DNA from: Mobula hypostoma
Lineage: Eukaryota
Assembly (NCBI RefSeq): GCF_963921235.1
Contig: NC_086097.1
Coordinates: forward strand, 44,208,001 to 44,272,000
DNA: 64,000 bases
Direction: 5' to 3'
Part shown: positions 50,001 to 63,451 of the stretch, one piece after another
Layout: each line of letters begins with the position of its first letter
Numbering within the stretch: the first letter of the stretch is position 1
Notes under the pieces: model-generated
Seen by the model: the letters and a program-made list of their open reading frames with translations, nothing else
Told to the model about the DNA's origin: nothing
The model's database searches: none
Program-made: the position numbers and the translations under genes

Positions 50001-50682
50001 AACACCCTAAAGGTTAACTTGCAGGTTGAGTCAGTGTTGAGGAAGGCAAATGCAATGTTAGCGTTCATTTCAAGAGGTCTTGAATACAAGAGCAGGGATG
50101 TGATGCTGAGGCTTCATAAGGCATTGGTGAGGACTCACCTTGAGCATTGTGAACAGTTTTGGGCTCCACAGCTAAGAAAGATGTGCTGGCATTTTTGAGG
50201 GTCCAAAGGCAGTTCACAAGGATGATTCTGGGAATGAAAGGGTTCTCATATGAGGAACGTTTGATGGCTCTGGGTCTATACTTGCTGGAATTCAGAAGGA
50301 TGAGGGGGGATCTCATTGAAACCTTTTGAATGTTGAAATCCATAAACTGAGTACATGTGGAAAGGATGTTTCCCATGGAGGGGGAGCCTAGGACAAGAGG
50401 ACACAGCCTCAGGATAGAGGGGCATCCATTCAAAAAAGAGATGCGGAGAAATTTCTTTAGCCAGAGGGTGATGAATTTGTGGAATTTGTTACCACATGCA
50501 GCTGTGAAGACCTGGTCATTGGGTGCATTTAAGGCAGAGATTGATAGGTTCTTGATTGGACACAACATCAAAGGATACAGGGAGAAGGCTGGGGAGTGGG
50601 GTTGAGGAGGAGAAATAAGGATCAGCCATAATTGAATGGCAAAGCAGACTCACCTAATTCTGCTCCTATGTCTTATAGCCTT
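47055..50682 (+). mobile_element. Near-full-length CR1 LINE (ORF1 SGNH esterase, ORF2 EN and RT), rearranged
   Basis: ORF1: AVVVGYSI...CCLPGARV...LYKKEGLHLN. ORF2: LNAQSVRNK, KSPRPDELHPRVLK, GKSCLTNLLEFF, FFSQRVMNLWN. Tail cctatgtcttatag. Confidence 0.95.
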
Positions 50683-51140
50683 AAATAGACAATGTGTATG
50701 TATAACAGTTTAATATACCATGAGAGATTTTAAAACAATATTTGATTTCACTATGCAAATGTTAGCTATCCTAGGGATTTCCTATGTGAGCTTGGAGCTC
50801 ACTATTTGTAAAGACCTATTGATTTAATCCAACTTCCTTATCAAATTAATTCACTATAACTATAAAAGGTACAGATTTTTTTTTCATGAAAAGCAGAACA
50901 ATGCACCAAATTGTCGCTGCAGAAGGCAAGAAGTTAAAATGATAAGTTAGCAAAACTACAAGTGTATGTTCTTTCTCGGTCAGATCAATGGGGCTATGAT
51001 GAAGATACTACTTAGAAGAATTCTTTAAACATGCCGTGCTGGAAGGAGTACTTAATAAATAAGTGAAAGCTCAGAGGTAAGAAGTTGTTTCATTGTTCAT
51101 ATTGCTACTCGCTAAAAACTTTTGTATACACGAATCCCAA

Positions 51141-51883
51141 GTTCAAAGATTCAAGATTCAAAGTACATTTATTATCAAAGAATGTATAAATTATACAACC
51201 TTGAGATTTGTCTGCTTACAGGCAGCCACAAAGCAAGAATCGCAATTAAAACAAAAGATCAAAACCCAATGCGCAGAGAAAGAGCAAAAACACGAATCAT
51301 GCAAACAATAGAAGCGAGCAACAGCATTCCAAACCAAAATGAGTCCTTAAACCTGAATGCCCAGAGCAGCCAGAAAAGGCCCAAAGCCTTGGTCTCAATT
51401 CATCATGTTAGTGGGGCAAATTGCCGCAAAGCTTGCAGACATGAAGCACGGGAGCTGGGGTGGTCTCATAGCCTGAACATCGCAATGAGGGAAGTGAACA
51501 TTGTGGGAGAGTGAGTGAAATTGGCCCAACTCTCGCCTCCAGTTCCGATGCCCTGTCTTTCCAGTCTATCAGAGCCATCACTTAAATTGTCCATAAAGCG
51601 GATCGTGTCTCACACTAGGACCCAGGCCTCACTGCAGCGAAACACTCCGGGTCTAGACTGTGTCGCCCAGTGATTCGCTTGGGACCTAGATCTTGCTGCC
51701 CAGCCCAGAGTTATTTGCCAGCTCTCCAAATCGGCTCTGCACTTAGAATGATCCAACCTTGCACCTGGGTTGGTTGGATGGGCATTGAACCTCCTCTGCC
51801 TTGACTCCTCTCTGAATTGCTCTCTCCGACTTCACCTGTGTCGAATTTGCAACGCACCAGCATGGGCCATCCTTCAAATTCAC
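51141..51883 (-). mobile_element. Non-coding interspersed element (copy 2)
   Basis: Collinear with 32776-33497. Confidence 0.75.
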
Positions 51884-53031
51884 TTTGCCTTCACTCACCT
51901 CAGAAGAGGTAAATAATGTTATTAATCATGTTTTTGTCGAATGTCTTGCCTTTTGAACTACCAGGAAGCTGTCATCCATCTTCAGTAGCACCGTCTTAAA
52001 CAGGATTTTCCCTAAATCCTGAACTGATTTAAAGTCATTTTGAAGGTGCTGACACTGACAGATATTGCAGGGAGCCAGTGGGTGTTGCAATATGCTCCAT
52101 TTCACGGTCAGATACTTTGAATAATATACATAAAGAATTAACAAGGTACAGTGTAGGTCTGGGGAAAATTCCAAGATGTGGCACTGCAAAACTTTTTCCA
52201 AATCATGAATTGATACAAATATAAGTGACTTCACAAAGAACACTAAGGGGAAAAGATAATATTAGTGGATGCACTGAGCAGATCAAACCGGCCCAACATT
52301 AATGCCTATGGGTTGATATTTTAACAGAAAGAAATTGATCATCATGAGACACTTCAGTTGGAAATGCTTGGAATGAGCTAAATGCTGGCTGGATTTGGAA
52401 TAAAAGCATCTGAATTATGGGTAAATAAGGATAATTTATTTCTGTAAAGTTTGCAGTGTTTGCCAAAATGTGGAGTTCGAGATATGTGTCATTATCATCC
52501 CTCAATATCTATGTTAAACTAATTCAATACCTTGTACAGTGAGGATGAGATTCTCTGGCTGGAGGAATTGAAGTGCATGAATTGATTGTATAAAGAAAGG
52601 TTCAAGAAACAATGATGTGCGTATTGGAGCCCATCATCACCAAGAAAACAGTTTCAAAGATTGAGGACTGTTCTGAAACAGAGATGTAAGGCAGCCTCAG
52701 CCAAGATCATACATTTGTTTCAGTTAAAAGCAAATAATGATATAATGAAAAGTAAGTAACTTTCAGCAGCTAACTGCCTTCTGGCAGAACTCAGTGGGTC
52801 ATGCAGAATCTGTGGAAAGAAAGCATTTATCAATATTTCTGCTGAAACCCTGCATCAGGTAAAATGGGGGATAGTGACGGGTAGGGGAGGCGAGTGGGAG
52901 TGAAGTTGGGAGGATAGTAGATGGAGGCCGACAGGGAGAGGAAAAAAGGGAATGAAAACAGTAAATGGTGCAAAGTGTGGGAGAGGGAGTCTGAAGATAG
53001 GAGAGAGCTGCTAGAAGAGCAGGAACACTTA

Positions 53032-53908
53032 GGCTACGTCCACACTAGACCGGACAATTTTCAAAACGCTGGTTTCGCGTAAAAACGACAGGCGTCCACA
53101 CTAGACGTTTTTAAAAGTACCTCTGTCCACATTAAAACGGATATTTGGGCGAATCTCCTCCTACTGGGCATGCGCAGGACACACAGAAAACAAGCGAAGA
53201 GGAAACGGTATACTTCGTGCACGTTTGTCCAGTTACAGACTGGAATAACTTAAAAAGAAATTGCCAAACGAAAGACTTGGTGCGTGTTTGTCCAGAAACA
53301 TTTCCTACAGCTATAGTCTCTTCTCCGATGAAAGGGACGACAGTTACAACTAAATGCAATAAGGCTTGTTACTGGGCAAAAGTGAAATTTGCTGTTACCT
53401 CATTTGTTTGCCTTTACTTTTGCCACGTCTTTGTGTATTATTTTCCTGTATTTAACATGTGCAATAAAATGAGTTACTGGGCAAAAGTGACAATTGCATC
53501 TATTGAATGTTTGCATAAGCAATACATTAATAAAGCACCTTGTTAAGTGTACAAAACATTTCTGCATCAGTGTTATCTTGTATTTCCATACAATGTTACA
53601 CTAGGCTGTTACACATCTATTGTCAGATATTGTTACGGTGTTGGAGGTTGCGTTCAAGAAAACAATGAAATGTTGCGCTGCCACCACCATTTGTTCTGGC
53701 ACACCATGACAGCGGTTTTAAAAATAGCTGGTTACCTTGTACACACCGCGCCAGATATTAGGCGTTTTCAGATTTATTCACTCTGGAGAGCGTTTCTGAA
53801 AAGCTCCGTTTTCAGGGGAGGAAAACGCCGTTTCAATGTGGACGGAGGGTCAAAACGAAGAGAAAAAGCTTTGGTTACAGATTTATCTGGTCTAGTGTGG
53901 ACGTAGCC
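53032..53908. mobile_element. Non-autonomous PIF/Harbinger-type DNA transposon
   Basis: Perfect 20-bp TIR GGCTACGTCCACACTAGACC. TTA TSD at 53029-53031 and 53909-53911. Subterminal GTCCACA repeats. Flanked on both sides by decayed Penelope-like sequence (about 52785-53028 and 53912-54400). Confidence 0.9.
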
Positions 53909-54764
53909 TTAGATGGGTGAGGGAAGGCCTCCTCTCCCCACCTCCATCTTCACCTTCGGTCCTCCCTTTCCTATATAAAACCCAGCTACCCCCACCCCAG
54001 AGCCATTTTTCTCTCCTTCTTTCTCCTTGTTCCGTCCTTCCACTTCACACACCTGGTCCCCCTCCCCACTCTCTTGTTCACCTCTGTCCCAATGTTTCCC
54101 ATTCTCGCCTCATTTACTCGTCAGAATCCAGCATTGAATGGGTTTTGAGTCCCTGCTTACCTCCTGCTTTCACACTCCCCTCCCCCCACTTTACTCCATC
54201 TGTTATCTTTTCTTCAAAATTCTTTCTCAGTTTGCCTCCTTACTCTGGCCAACTTGCCTCCCCACTCGGTCTTGCCGCAGACTTCAAATCAAAATGTCGA
54301 CGATTCCTTTCCTCCCATAGACGCTGCCTGACCCACTGAGTTCCTCCAGCAGATTATCTGTTGCTCTAGATTTCAGCATCTGCAGCCTCTTGGGTCTCCA
54401 AGGATTAATTTATTAGCTGCTGACACCTAAATTTAAAAATATTCCTGACTCTGTGGAGAGCGTCGTTTCCCAACTCACACCACATCAATGTACGTGCATG
54501 ATTTCAGTGAGAGCAGCTCTTTGAATTGGCCCAGAGGCCAGCCTGGAGGTATATGAGCTCAGAGTTTATTTAAAGAAAAATCTTCACGAACTGCCGTTGG
54601 GTGGTGCACATCACTTCAGCTCAGAATTAGATGTACCATGACAGCAATGCCCACAGCTTGTGCCCCTTGTTTATTCAGAGCAGAAACACAAAACTGCAAC
54701 AGCAGAGTCTCATTGTTTCCCTCATCCCACAAGTACATGAACAGAGCTCTTCTCACGATAGTTA

Positions 54765-55025
54765 TTCTGTTTAGTGATACAGCGCGGTGCAGACCCTTCT
54801 GGCTCTTTGAGCTACATTGCCCCAGCAACCCCACAACCCCGATTAACCCTAACCTAATCATGGGACAATTTACAATGACCAATTAACCCGTACGTCTTTG
54901 GACGGTGGGAGGAAACCAGAGCACGTGGGGAAAACCCCCACATTCCACTGGGAGAACAGAAGAGACTCCTTACAGAACAGTGCTGGAATAAAGCTGAGTT
55001 GTAATAGCATCACATTAACCTCTGT
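54765..55025 (-). mobile_element. V-SINE (HE1/DANA-like)
   Basis: Minus strand ggttttccccacgtgctctggtttcctcccaccgtccaaagacgtac matches the V-domain. CR1-like tail. Confidence 0.75.
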
Positions 55026-55094
55026 ATAAATATGATGGAGGTAATGTGGCCTGGCATAGTGCATTCACTGCATAGCTAAACACCATGGGAGAGC

Positions 55095-55425
55095 ATGATG
55101 ATGGCATAAATATCGATTTCTCCTTCCTCACCTACCTATCACCTGCCCCTGGGTTCCTTCCTCCTTCCCTTTCTCCTGTGGTCCACTCTCCTCTCTTTCC
55201 TATGCAGCCCTCGACCTTTCCCACCCACCTGGCATCACCTTCGAGCTGTCCTCCTTCCCCTCCCCCGACCTTTTTTATTCTGTCGACTTCCTCCTTTCCT
55301 TCCAGTCCTGAAGAGGGCCGTCGGCCCAAAATGTAGACTGTTTATTCATTTCCATAGATGCTGCCTGACCTGCTGAGTTCCTTCAGCATTTTGTGTGTGT
55401 TGCTTTGGATTTCCAGCATTTACAG
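55095..55425 (+). mobile_element. Penelope-like 3' end; hammerhead at 55303-55340 with GAAA>AAAA
   Basis: GIY-YIG C-terminus DGINIDFS. cagtc-CTGAAGA-gggccgtcggccc-AAAA-tgta-gactg. Confidence 0.8.
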
Positions 55426-56730
55426 TAGGCCTTCATGCAGGTTGGCATGATGCAGTAAAGCATAACACATGCAGCATTCAACTAATTAGAATTAATTGAA
55501 TTTCTAATTAAAGTAAGACGCAGTCCATTATTTGCACTGGATATATTAATCCCAAGCATTGCTGCAACCAGGCATAAAATACATTTCTCTATCAATCTTC
55601 GCTGAGAAACATGATCATTGATCTGCCCTAGGCTCAAGAAAGGGTTGGCTTTTGGGCAAATTACCCTTAAAAATTGTATGCACGATCTTCACCACGAAGT
55701 CTAATGTGGGTGCAGGATCTGAGAGCAAATGCCTTAGCACAAATACTGGTGAACTTCAGTAAACTTACACTTGAACATTGGACTGCTCGCAAATGATGGT
55801 GGAATGAGGAACATTCCCAGGGCTGGAAAGCTGGCGTGAGAAAAGGCTGATTAGGCAAGGGGTTGTTTTCTGTGAAATGAAGAAGACTGAAGTGAAATTT
55901 AACAGAGCTTTTTAAAATCATGAGAGGACTAAACAAGGTGAATGGGTGTCAGAGCCAATAAATAAGGAGCAGATTTAAATTAATTACAAGATGATATGAA
56001 GGAAACGTTTCACTAATGTAGTGATGGGGACCTGAAACCAAATGCCCGACTGAGTGAAACCACTGAAAACGGACAACTATGAGAGACAGCAGGTTGCATT
56101 ATCATGAAAAGCTCCACCTTTGTGCCATAACTCCTGATAATTCAGCAGCACGACAACTGGAAAAGTGAATGAACCAGTAGCATTCAGGCCACTTTGGTTG
56201 ATATTGTCGGAGTGTCGACAAAAATCAACACGAGTGTAATTATTAATAATATACACTTTATTGAATCCTTCAACAAATGGCGATGTTGTATATTTTGAAG
56301 AAAAAATGGAATAACATACAGCATAAAAGATAACATACACGGTGAACTTAACCCTTAACAGTCTGGTTGAATTCTGCCTAACGAAATTAAGGAGTCCCTA
56401 CACACACGGCCCCCAGAATTCACCACAGCAGACAAAGACAAACGAGCAGGAGCCTGCAAAACTCGGCTGAACCTACTCCTGCCTTCACGGGCAGGTGCTT
56501 GGGAGGAAGAACAGTTGATGTCAGAGGGTCTAGAGGTGGGATGCCGGCCCCTCTCCGGGTTGCTTTGCCACTTCCACTGGAAAGTTCAGGTCCAAATGGG
56601 CAGGCTTGAGACGATCCACAGAAACACCTCCCAAGTCCAGCGTAAAGAACTTATCCCCCGCTTCCAACACGCAGAACGGGCCATTAAAAGGCAGCCACAA
56701 TGCCCATCGTGATGCACAAAAACATATTTC

Positions 56731-57030
56731 TTTTTTTTTGGTGCGTGCCTGCGAGTCTGTGCATCTGCGTGTGCGTGCGTGCGTCCGTGATGATGTCTTT
56801 TTCATGACTCTTTACAAGGCGTGGAGCGAGAGAGAGACTGTGTCGCGCGCCACTCCTCACACAGACATTTTCGCAGTATTTTCCCTTTATTTTACGAGGT
56901 CGAGTTGTGATCTCGATACCCAGCCCAGCACGGATGGAAAGCGTACTCAGGAGCGGACCCGACTGGTTTTGAACCCGGGAACATCGGCTCCCGAGTCCAG
57001 CGCCGATGTCATTGCGCCACCAGCCGGCCC
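56731..57030 (-). mobile_element. Full-length tRNA-derived SINE with poly(A), inserted in the Gypsy integrase
   Basis: A box TGGCGCAATG, B box GGTTCAAAACC. TSD acaaaaaca(a)tatttc at 56716-56730 and 57035-57050. Confidence 0.85.
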
Positions 57031-58634
57031 ACAAACAAAAACAATATTTCACCCCCTGCAGACCCAGCAGCAGGGGCAAACATACCCGCAGGGGTTGTCA
57101 GAAAACAAGCTCTGCAGAAGAGGACTGGAGGTCCGTCTTAAGGACCATCCTCACGCCCAACATGACCCACGGCAGTCTGTCCACCCAACCACTGTCACTG
57201 AGGCACGCACGGAGAGCGGCTTTCATTGAACAGTGAAACCGCTCACACAGACCGTTGGCCTGAGGATGATGAGGTGTGGTCCGGTGCAGTTTAACCCCCA
57301 GATCACGGGCAACTGCACACCAAAGCTCGGATGTAAATTGCATCCCTCGGTCTGAAGAGATATCCGACAGGACGCCGAACCGAGCGACCCTCGCGCCGCC
57401 CCGACGGCTGAAATGGAGGACAGCGGCAATGCCTCTAGCTAATGTGCAGTACTATCAATGATGATGGGGAGGTGAGTAAACGCGGGAGACAGGGAAAACG
57501 GGCCAACCAAATCCACATTCACCTGGTCAAATTGACGCTCAGGGACTGCGAAAGGAGCCTTGGTGTGTTGAGGCACCTTTGCGCGTTGATACGCCAAAAA
57601 AGCACTTGCCCAGCCCCTGACGTCCTCCTTAATCCCGTGCCACACAAATTTTCCTGTCACCAGTTTCTGCATTGCCCTCTGGCCCACGTGAGAAAGCCCA
57701 TGTACTGCACCGAAAACCCGCTGCCGGCAGACCGCCATCAAAACCGGCCTGGGTCGTCCCATTGACACATCACACAGTAGTGAAACGCCGCTGTCAGTGA
57801 AAGCAACGACCACCATTTTCAACCCTGTGCCTGCTGAACGCTCGGGTCCGAAACCTGGCCTTCTGCCACGTGAGCGTAGTCCATGCCCAAATGGACAGCA
57901 CCAGCGAAGGACTGGGAAAGACAGTCATCCATGAGGTTACGCTTCCCCGTGACATGTTGGATGTCCGTGGTGAAATATGAAATAAAAGAAAGACGGTGCT
58001 GCTGTCGAGCAGACCTAGGTTCAGAGACCTTAGCCATGGTAAATGCTGGGAGCTTATGATCCACAAAAGCTGTAAATGAAGGGCCCTCTAAGAGAAAATG
58101 AAAATGCTGGACTGCCAAGTACAGGTTAAGAAGCTCACTGTTGAATGTGCTGTACTTGCACTCGCAGGGTTGAAACTGACTGCTAAACAAGGCCGGAGAC
58201 TGCTGCCATCGACCAACTGCTCATGCACTGCGCGACCATGCAATCTGATGCATCCGTGGTGAGAGCGACCGGCGCGTCTGGGAGGGGGCGCCAGCAGCGT
58301 TGCATTAGACAGTGCCTGCTTAGTGTTCAAGAATGCCTCGGACCTTTCCTCCATCCAGTTCATGACACACTTGGCTGCTTTGCCCTTAAGGGTCTCGTAG
58401 AGGAGGTGTATGAGCTGAACTGGTTTGGAGACAAAACGGTGATAAAAGTTCACCATGCCCCAAAAACCCCTGCAGGGCCTTAATGATGACTGGCCGAGGG
58501 AAACGCTTAATGGCCTTAACTTTAGCCGGCAGGGGAACCAGCCACACTGCACTGATGCAGTGTCCAAGGAAATTGACCATGAACAGTCTGAACTGGCACT
58601 TTGCCGGGTTGATGATAAAGACTGTGCTGACTAA

Positions 58635-59519
58635 AGGCTGATTTATACTTGTGCGTATGGGCTACGCCATAGCCTACGCAAGTGGCCTATGCCGTTGTGA
58701 GCATTTATACTTGTGCGTTGGTGTGTCTGCGTCACGCTGCAATTCACCGCCAAAATGCTAGTTGGCGGTGGGGTTTCTATGCCACTGTGTTGAGTTTCTT
58801 CCTGTACTTCAAACAATGACGGTTAAAACTGAGTGCATCATGGAACATAGAACATAGAATAGTACAGCACAGTACAGGCCCTTTGGCCCACAATGTTGTG
58901 CCGACCCTCAAACGCTGCCTCCCATATAAGCCCCCACCTTAAATTCCTCCATATACCTGTCTAGTAGTCTCTTAAACTTCACTAGTGTACCTGCCTCCAC
59001 CACTGACTCAGGCAGTGCATTCCACGCACCAACCACTCTCTGAGTAAAAAACCTTCCTCTAATATCCCCCTTGAACTTCCCACCCCTTACCTTAAAGCCA
59101 TGTCCTCTTGTATTGAGCAGTGGTGCCCTGGGGAGGAGGCACTGGCTATCCACTCTATCTATTCCTCTTATTATCTTGTACACCTCTATCATGTCTCCTC
59201 TCATCCTCCTTCTCTCCAAAGGGTAAAGCCCTAGCTCCCTTAATCTCTGATCATGTTGGAGTTGGAGCTAATAAATGTTAAACAAGAGTTTCTTCTCTCT
59301 CAGTTCTGAAATGGCGGAGAAGAAGCAGCAACCAGAAATGCGGTGCTACCAAGCAGACCAATCACAGTTGTTGCGGTCTGCGTCGCTGCAGTGCGTAGTT
59401 ACATTTTGGGAGAGGTATGCGTTAGGCTATGGTGTAGGGTTCGGCGTAGAGTACAGCATAGGGTACGCGGCTATGCCATACCTACGGCGTACATTTGACA
59501 CAGAAGTATAAATTGGGCT
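58635..59519. mobile_element. Non-autonomous Harbinger-type DNA element inside the Gypsy RT
   Basis: Imperfect TIR AGGCTGATTTATACTT / AGCCCAATTTATACTT with a TAA TSD. Removing it restores the RT peptide FEHLSQHS. Confidence 0.8.
58843..59249 (-). mobile_element. CR1 3' fragment nested in the Harbinger-type element
   Basis: ORF 58908-59219 reads ERRRMRGDMIEVYKI...FFTQRVVGAWNALP. (TTCTATG)n tail. Flanking atcatg repeats. Confidence 0.9.
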
Positions 59520-60236
59520 TAAGGTGTTCGAAAAGGCTTATCAAATGTAAGAGCTGGTCATCCCTAGAAGAGCTAGCTACCAAAATTTCAACTAGGTAAA
59601 CAAACAGGAATGGTAAATCCCTGAGAACACTGTCCATGAGGCGCTGAAAGATCTGGGCCGTGTTTTTCAGCCCAAATGGCATTGAAAGGAACTCAAGCAA
59701 ACTAAACGGTGTAATAACAATGTTTTTAGGAATGTCACTCCAGTGGACAAGGGCCTGCTGATAACTGCAAACGAGGTCCGCCTTCGAGAAAATAATTTTC
59801 CCTTCCTGGGCAGCGAAATCCTGGATGTGCGGGATTGGGTATTGGTCGAGGGTTGTGGCATCATTGAAGTGGTGGTAATTGCAACATGGACACCACCCTG
59901 CCTCCCCCTCACCCCCCACTTTTCGCCCAGTGTGGAGGGGGAAAGCTGATGGACTGCTGGTTTGCCTGATGATGCCCAGGTGCTCCGTGGCATCAAACTC
60001 AGCCTTGGTGGCGGCCAGCTTCTCTGGGTTGAGGTGCCTGCTGCGGGTGTGAACAGGTGGTGAGGACGTGGTGCTCCGCCCCGTGTTTAGTGGTGGAGGT
60101 GGAGAAAGTGGGCTTGGTCAGATCTGGGAACTCAGCAAGGAGGCGGAGGAAGTCGTTGGATGCAGGAAGGGTGCTGGAGAGCTTTGAAGTGCTGGTGGCA
60201 TTGAGTGTGCAGGAGAGGGAGTAGAAAGTCTCTGAT

Positions 60237-63200
60237 GAGGCGCTGGTTCTGGACCTAGAACAGGTGGCTCAAACAAAGCTGGCACACACCAACCTGGCCA
60301 GTCTGTCGCGGCTGGCAGGTTGTCCAACTCTGGCGGTAAGAGTCACAAGCAGAACCTGATCGTCGCCTCATGGAACATATGAACTCTGTTGGACAATGCT
60401 AACTCAGATCACCCAGAGAGACACACTGCACTTGTTACTTGTGTACTCAAGGACTACAGAGTGGACATTGCGGCTCTCCAGGAGTCCCGACTCGCCGGAG
60501 AGGGCGAGCTTTGTGAAGAGAAAGGAGGGTACACATTCTTCTGGACTGGCAGGCCCGAAGAAGAATGAAGAGAATCGGGTGTGTACTTGGCTATCAAGGA
60601 CTGCCTCATAGCAAAGCTACCAACCCTGCCTGTTGTTGTAAATGACCGTATCCAGACATTGCGTACACCTTCGCAAGGAAAACGCCACCTCACCATAGTC
60701 AACGTTTACGCCCCAACTCTGACTAATCCCAGTGAAGTCAAGGATGCATTCAACAGTGAGCTGAAAACCACCATCAGTAGTGTGGCAACTTCCGATAAGC
60801 TGCTGTTGCTGGGAGACTTTAATGCTCGGATTGGCAAGGAGTCCACTGTGTGGCCTGGTGTGATAGGATGCTAAGGGATTGGCAACAGCAACGGTAACGG
60901 TCTGCTGCTCCTCTTGATGTGCACAGAATTCAAACTGTGCATCACTTACACATTGTTCAGATTGCCAGACAAGCTCAAATGCACATGGATGCATCCATGA
61001 TCTAAAAGCTGGCATCTCATTGACTATGTCATCACCCGACAACGAGACATCTCTGACGTTTGTATCACCAGAGTTAAGCGTGGAGCTGAGTGCTCAACTG
61101 ATCATCAAATGGTGTGGTCGGATCGATGTCTATCGATCAAACCTCCATGCAGACTGAATGCTGCCAAACCACCCAAAAAGCTGAACACCACCAAACTGAA
61201 ACATCGGGAGTGTGCTGATGCCCCGAAATCCTCTATGGATACTGGTTGAGAATCCACCAAATGATATTACTGAGCACTGGAATGCCTTCAAAGAAACGGT
61301 CTATAGCGCTACCCAAGACACCTTGGGGAAAGTCAAGCGCAGCATCAGGACTGGTTTGATGAGAGCAACCAGTCTGAGCAAGACCTTATCAGAGCTAAGG
61401 CATCCGCACACCAGTCTCTTCTTCGACACCAAATTCAAGTTCCAAAAAACGTGCCTTTTTGAGTGCAAAATCAACTTTGCAGAGGCAGTTCAGAGCTATG
61501 AAAGACCAGTGGTGGGCGAATAAGGCCAAGGAGTTACAAGCCTTCACTGAATGTAATGACTCAAGAAGCTTCTATGAAGCAATCAAGGTTGTGTATGGTC
61601 CATCAAAACAGGGCACCTCACAACTTCTGAGCAAGGACAGTACATCCATCTTCACTGAGAAGTCAGAGCACATGAAAAGGTGGCAAGAGCACTTCCATGA
61701 GCTGCTGAACAGACCAGGAACCATCACCGATGAAGCACCGGGCAGAGTACACCCTCGACCCATAACGTTCGAGCTAGATGCTCCCCTTCTCTTCACGAGG
61801 TCATCAAAGCCATCAAACAGCTAAAACCCAACAAAGCACCAGAGCCTGATGGTATCGCAGTCGAGATCTACCAGTATGGTGGTCACGCACTGACATCATG
61901 CCTGTACCATCTGTTCACAAAGTTGTGGGGAGCTGCAGAACTACCACAAGACTTCAAAGACACATCACTCGTGACCATCTACAAGAACAAGGGAGACAAG
62001 AGAGACTGCAATAATTACCGTGGCATCTCTCTTCTGTCAGTTGCGGGAAAATGCCTCGTGAAGATCACCCTTAGACTCTTGGTGTCCAACACCAGTGACA
62101 ACATCCTTCCAGAAAGCCAGTGTGGTTTTCGAACAGGCTGTAGTACAATGGACATGATCTTTTCACTGAGGCAGCTCCAAGAGAAATGTGTTGAGCAGCA
62201 GAGAAGTCTCTATGTCACATTTGTTGATCTAACCAAAGCGTTTGACACCGTTGGTAGAGATGGCCTGTGGAAGCTCCAACCAAAATTCAGTTGCCCCCCA
62301 CACCTAACCAACATCATCCGTCAGTTCCACGAAGGCATGGAAGGCTGCATCAACGTGTGTGGTGAGTTGGCAGACCCATTTTCCATCAGCAATAACGTAA
62401 AACAGGGTTGTGTTCTGACTCCTACTCTGTTTGGACTATTCTTCGCTGCTGTTCTTCAGCATGCCACATCAGACCTGAAGTTAGGGGTCTTCCTACAAAG
62501 AAGGGCTGATGGTGGGCTCCTCAACCTCACAAGATTGAGAGCAAAAACAAAAGTCAGGGACATTGTGGTGCATGAGCTACAGTTTGCTGATGACTGTGCA
62601 CTGGTTGCCCACTCTCTCAAAGACTTACAGGAGATCACCAGTTGCTTTGCTAGTGCAGCCAAAAGCTTCGGACTGACAATCAGTCTGAAAAAGATGGAAT
62701 TTTTGTACCAATCGGCTCCTGGCTCAAGCTACGAAGAACCAACTGTCCTCATTGATGACACTCGTCTCAATGCTGTCAACAGGTTTTGCTACCTGGGCAG
62801 CATAATAACATCCTCAGCTTCTCTGGATGTAGAGATTGAGTCAAGAACTAGAAAAGCCTGCTTTGCCTTTGGTCAGCTGAAAGATCGAGTTTGGTCACAG
62901 AACATCAGGTTGGCCACCGAGTGCAAGGTATACAGGGCGGTTGTCATATCAACCTTATTATACAGATGTGTGACATGGTGTCCATATCAGAGACACTTAT
63001 GCTAGCTTGACCAACTGCAGCAGCACCACCTATGTTCTCTGATGAAGATCACCTGGCGAGACAAGGTCTTCAATACCGAGGTCCTCTCTCGAGCCGGAAT
63101 GCCAGCAGTTTCAACCTTGGTGATGTCAGCCCAACTGTGCTGGGCAGGACATGATGTCAGAATGCCTGATGGAAGACTGCCCAAGGACATCTTGTACAGC

Positions 63201-63451
63201 CAACTGTCCAGTGGTACCCGAAAACAAGGAGGCCAGCGACCACGGTACAAGGAACCTCAAGAAAGCTGACATTGCCCCATCAACATGGGAGGATCTGGCT
63301 CAAGATCCTCACAGTGGAGGGATGCCATCAGAAAAGGCGTGGACGCTGCTGAGAACAAGTTCAACAAGGCAACAGAGGAAAGGCACAGGAAGCGTCACAA
63401 CAGAGCTCCTGCCCCTGCTGCCCCTCCAGGCCTCACTTGCCAAGTATGTGG
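60237..63451 (+). mobile_element. Near-full-length RTE-clade LINE (APE, RT, C-terminal zinc finger), pseudogenised
   Basis: ASWNI*TL, VYAPTL, LLGDFNARIG, NYRGISLLS, LPESQCGFR, FVDLTKAFD, VKQGCVL, FADD, GRLPKDILYSQL. Truncated at CQVCG. Confidence 0.93.

Larger units (their letters stand above)
56205..60235 (-). mobile_element. Ty3/Gypsy pol pseudogene (RT, RNase H, integrase) with 3' LTR 56205-56402, interrupted by nested insertions
   Basis: YPIPHIQDF, MPFGLKNTAQIFQRLMD, FLGMVNFYHRF, KYSTFNSELL, VDLVGP, QFTSELW, HPQANGLCERFH. G-rich tract before an LTR reading TGTAGG...CCGACA with AATAAA. Confidence 0.9.

Noticed and set aside
61923..63005. 360-aa RT ORF as an active or bacterial-type reverse transcriptase (retron, DGR, group II intron)
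   Set aside because: It has RTE-LINE motifs preceded by an APE endonuclease with stops and frameshifts, so it is a dead LINE.
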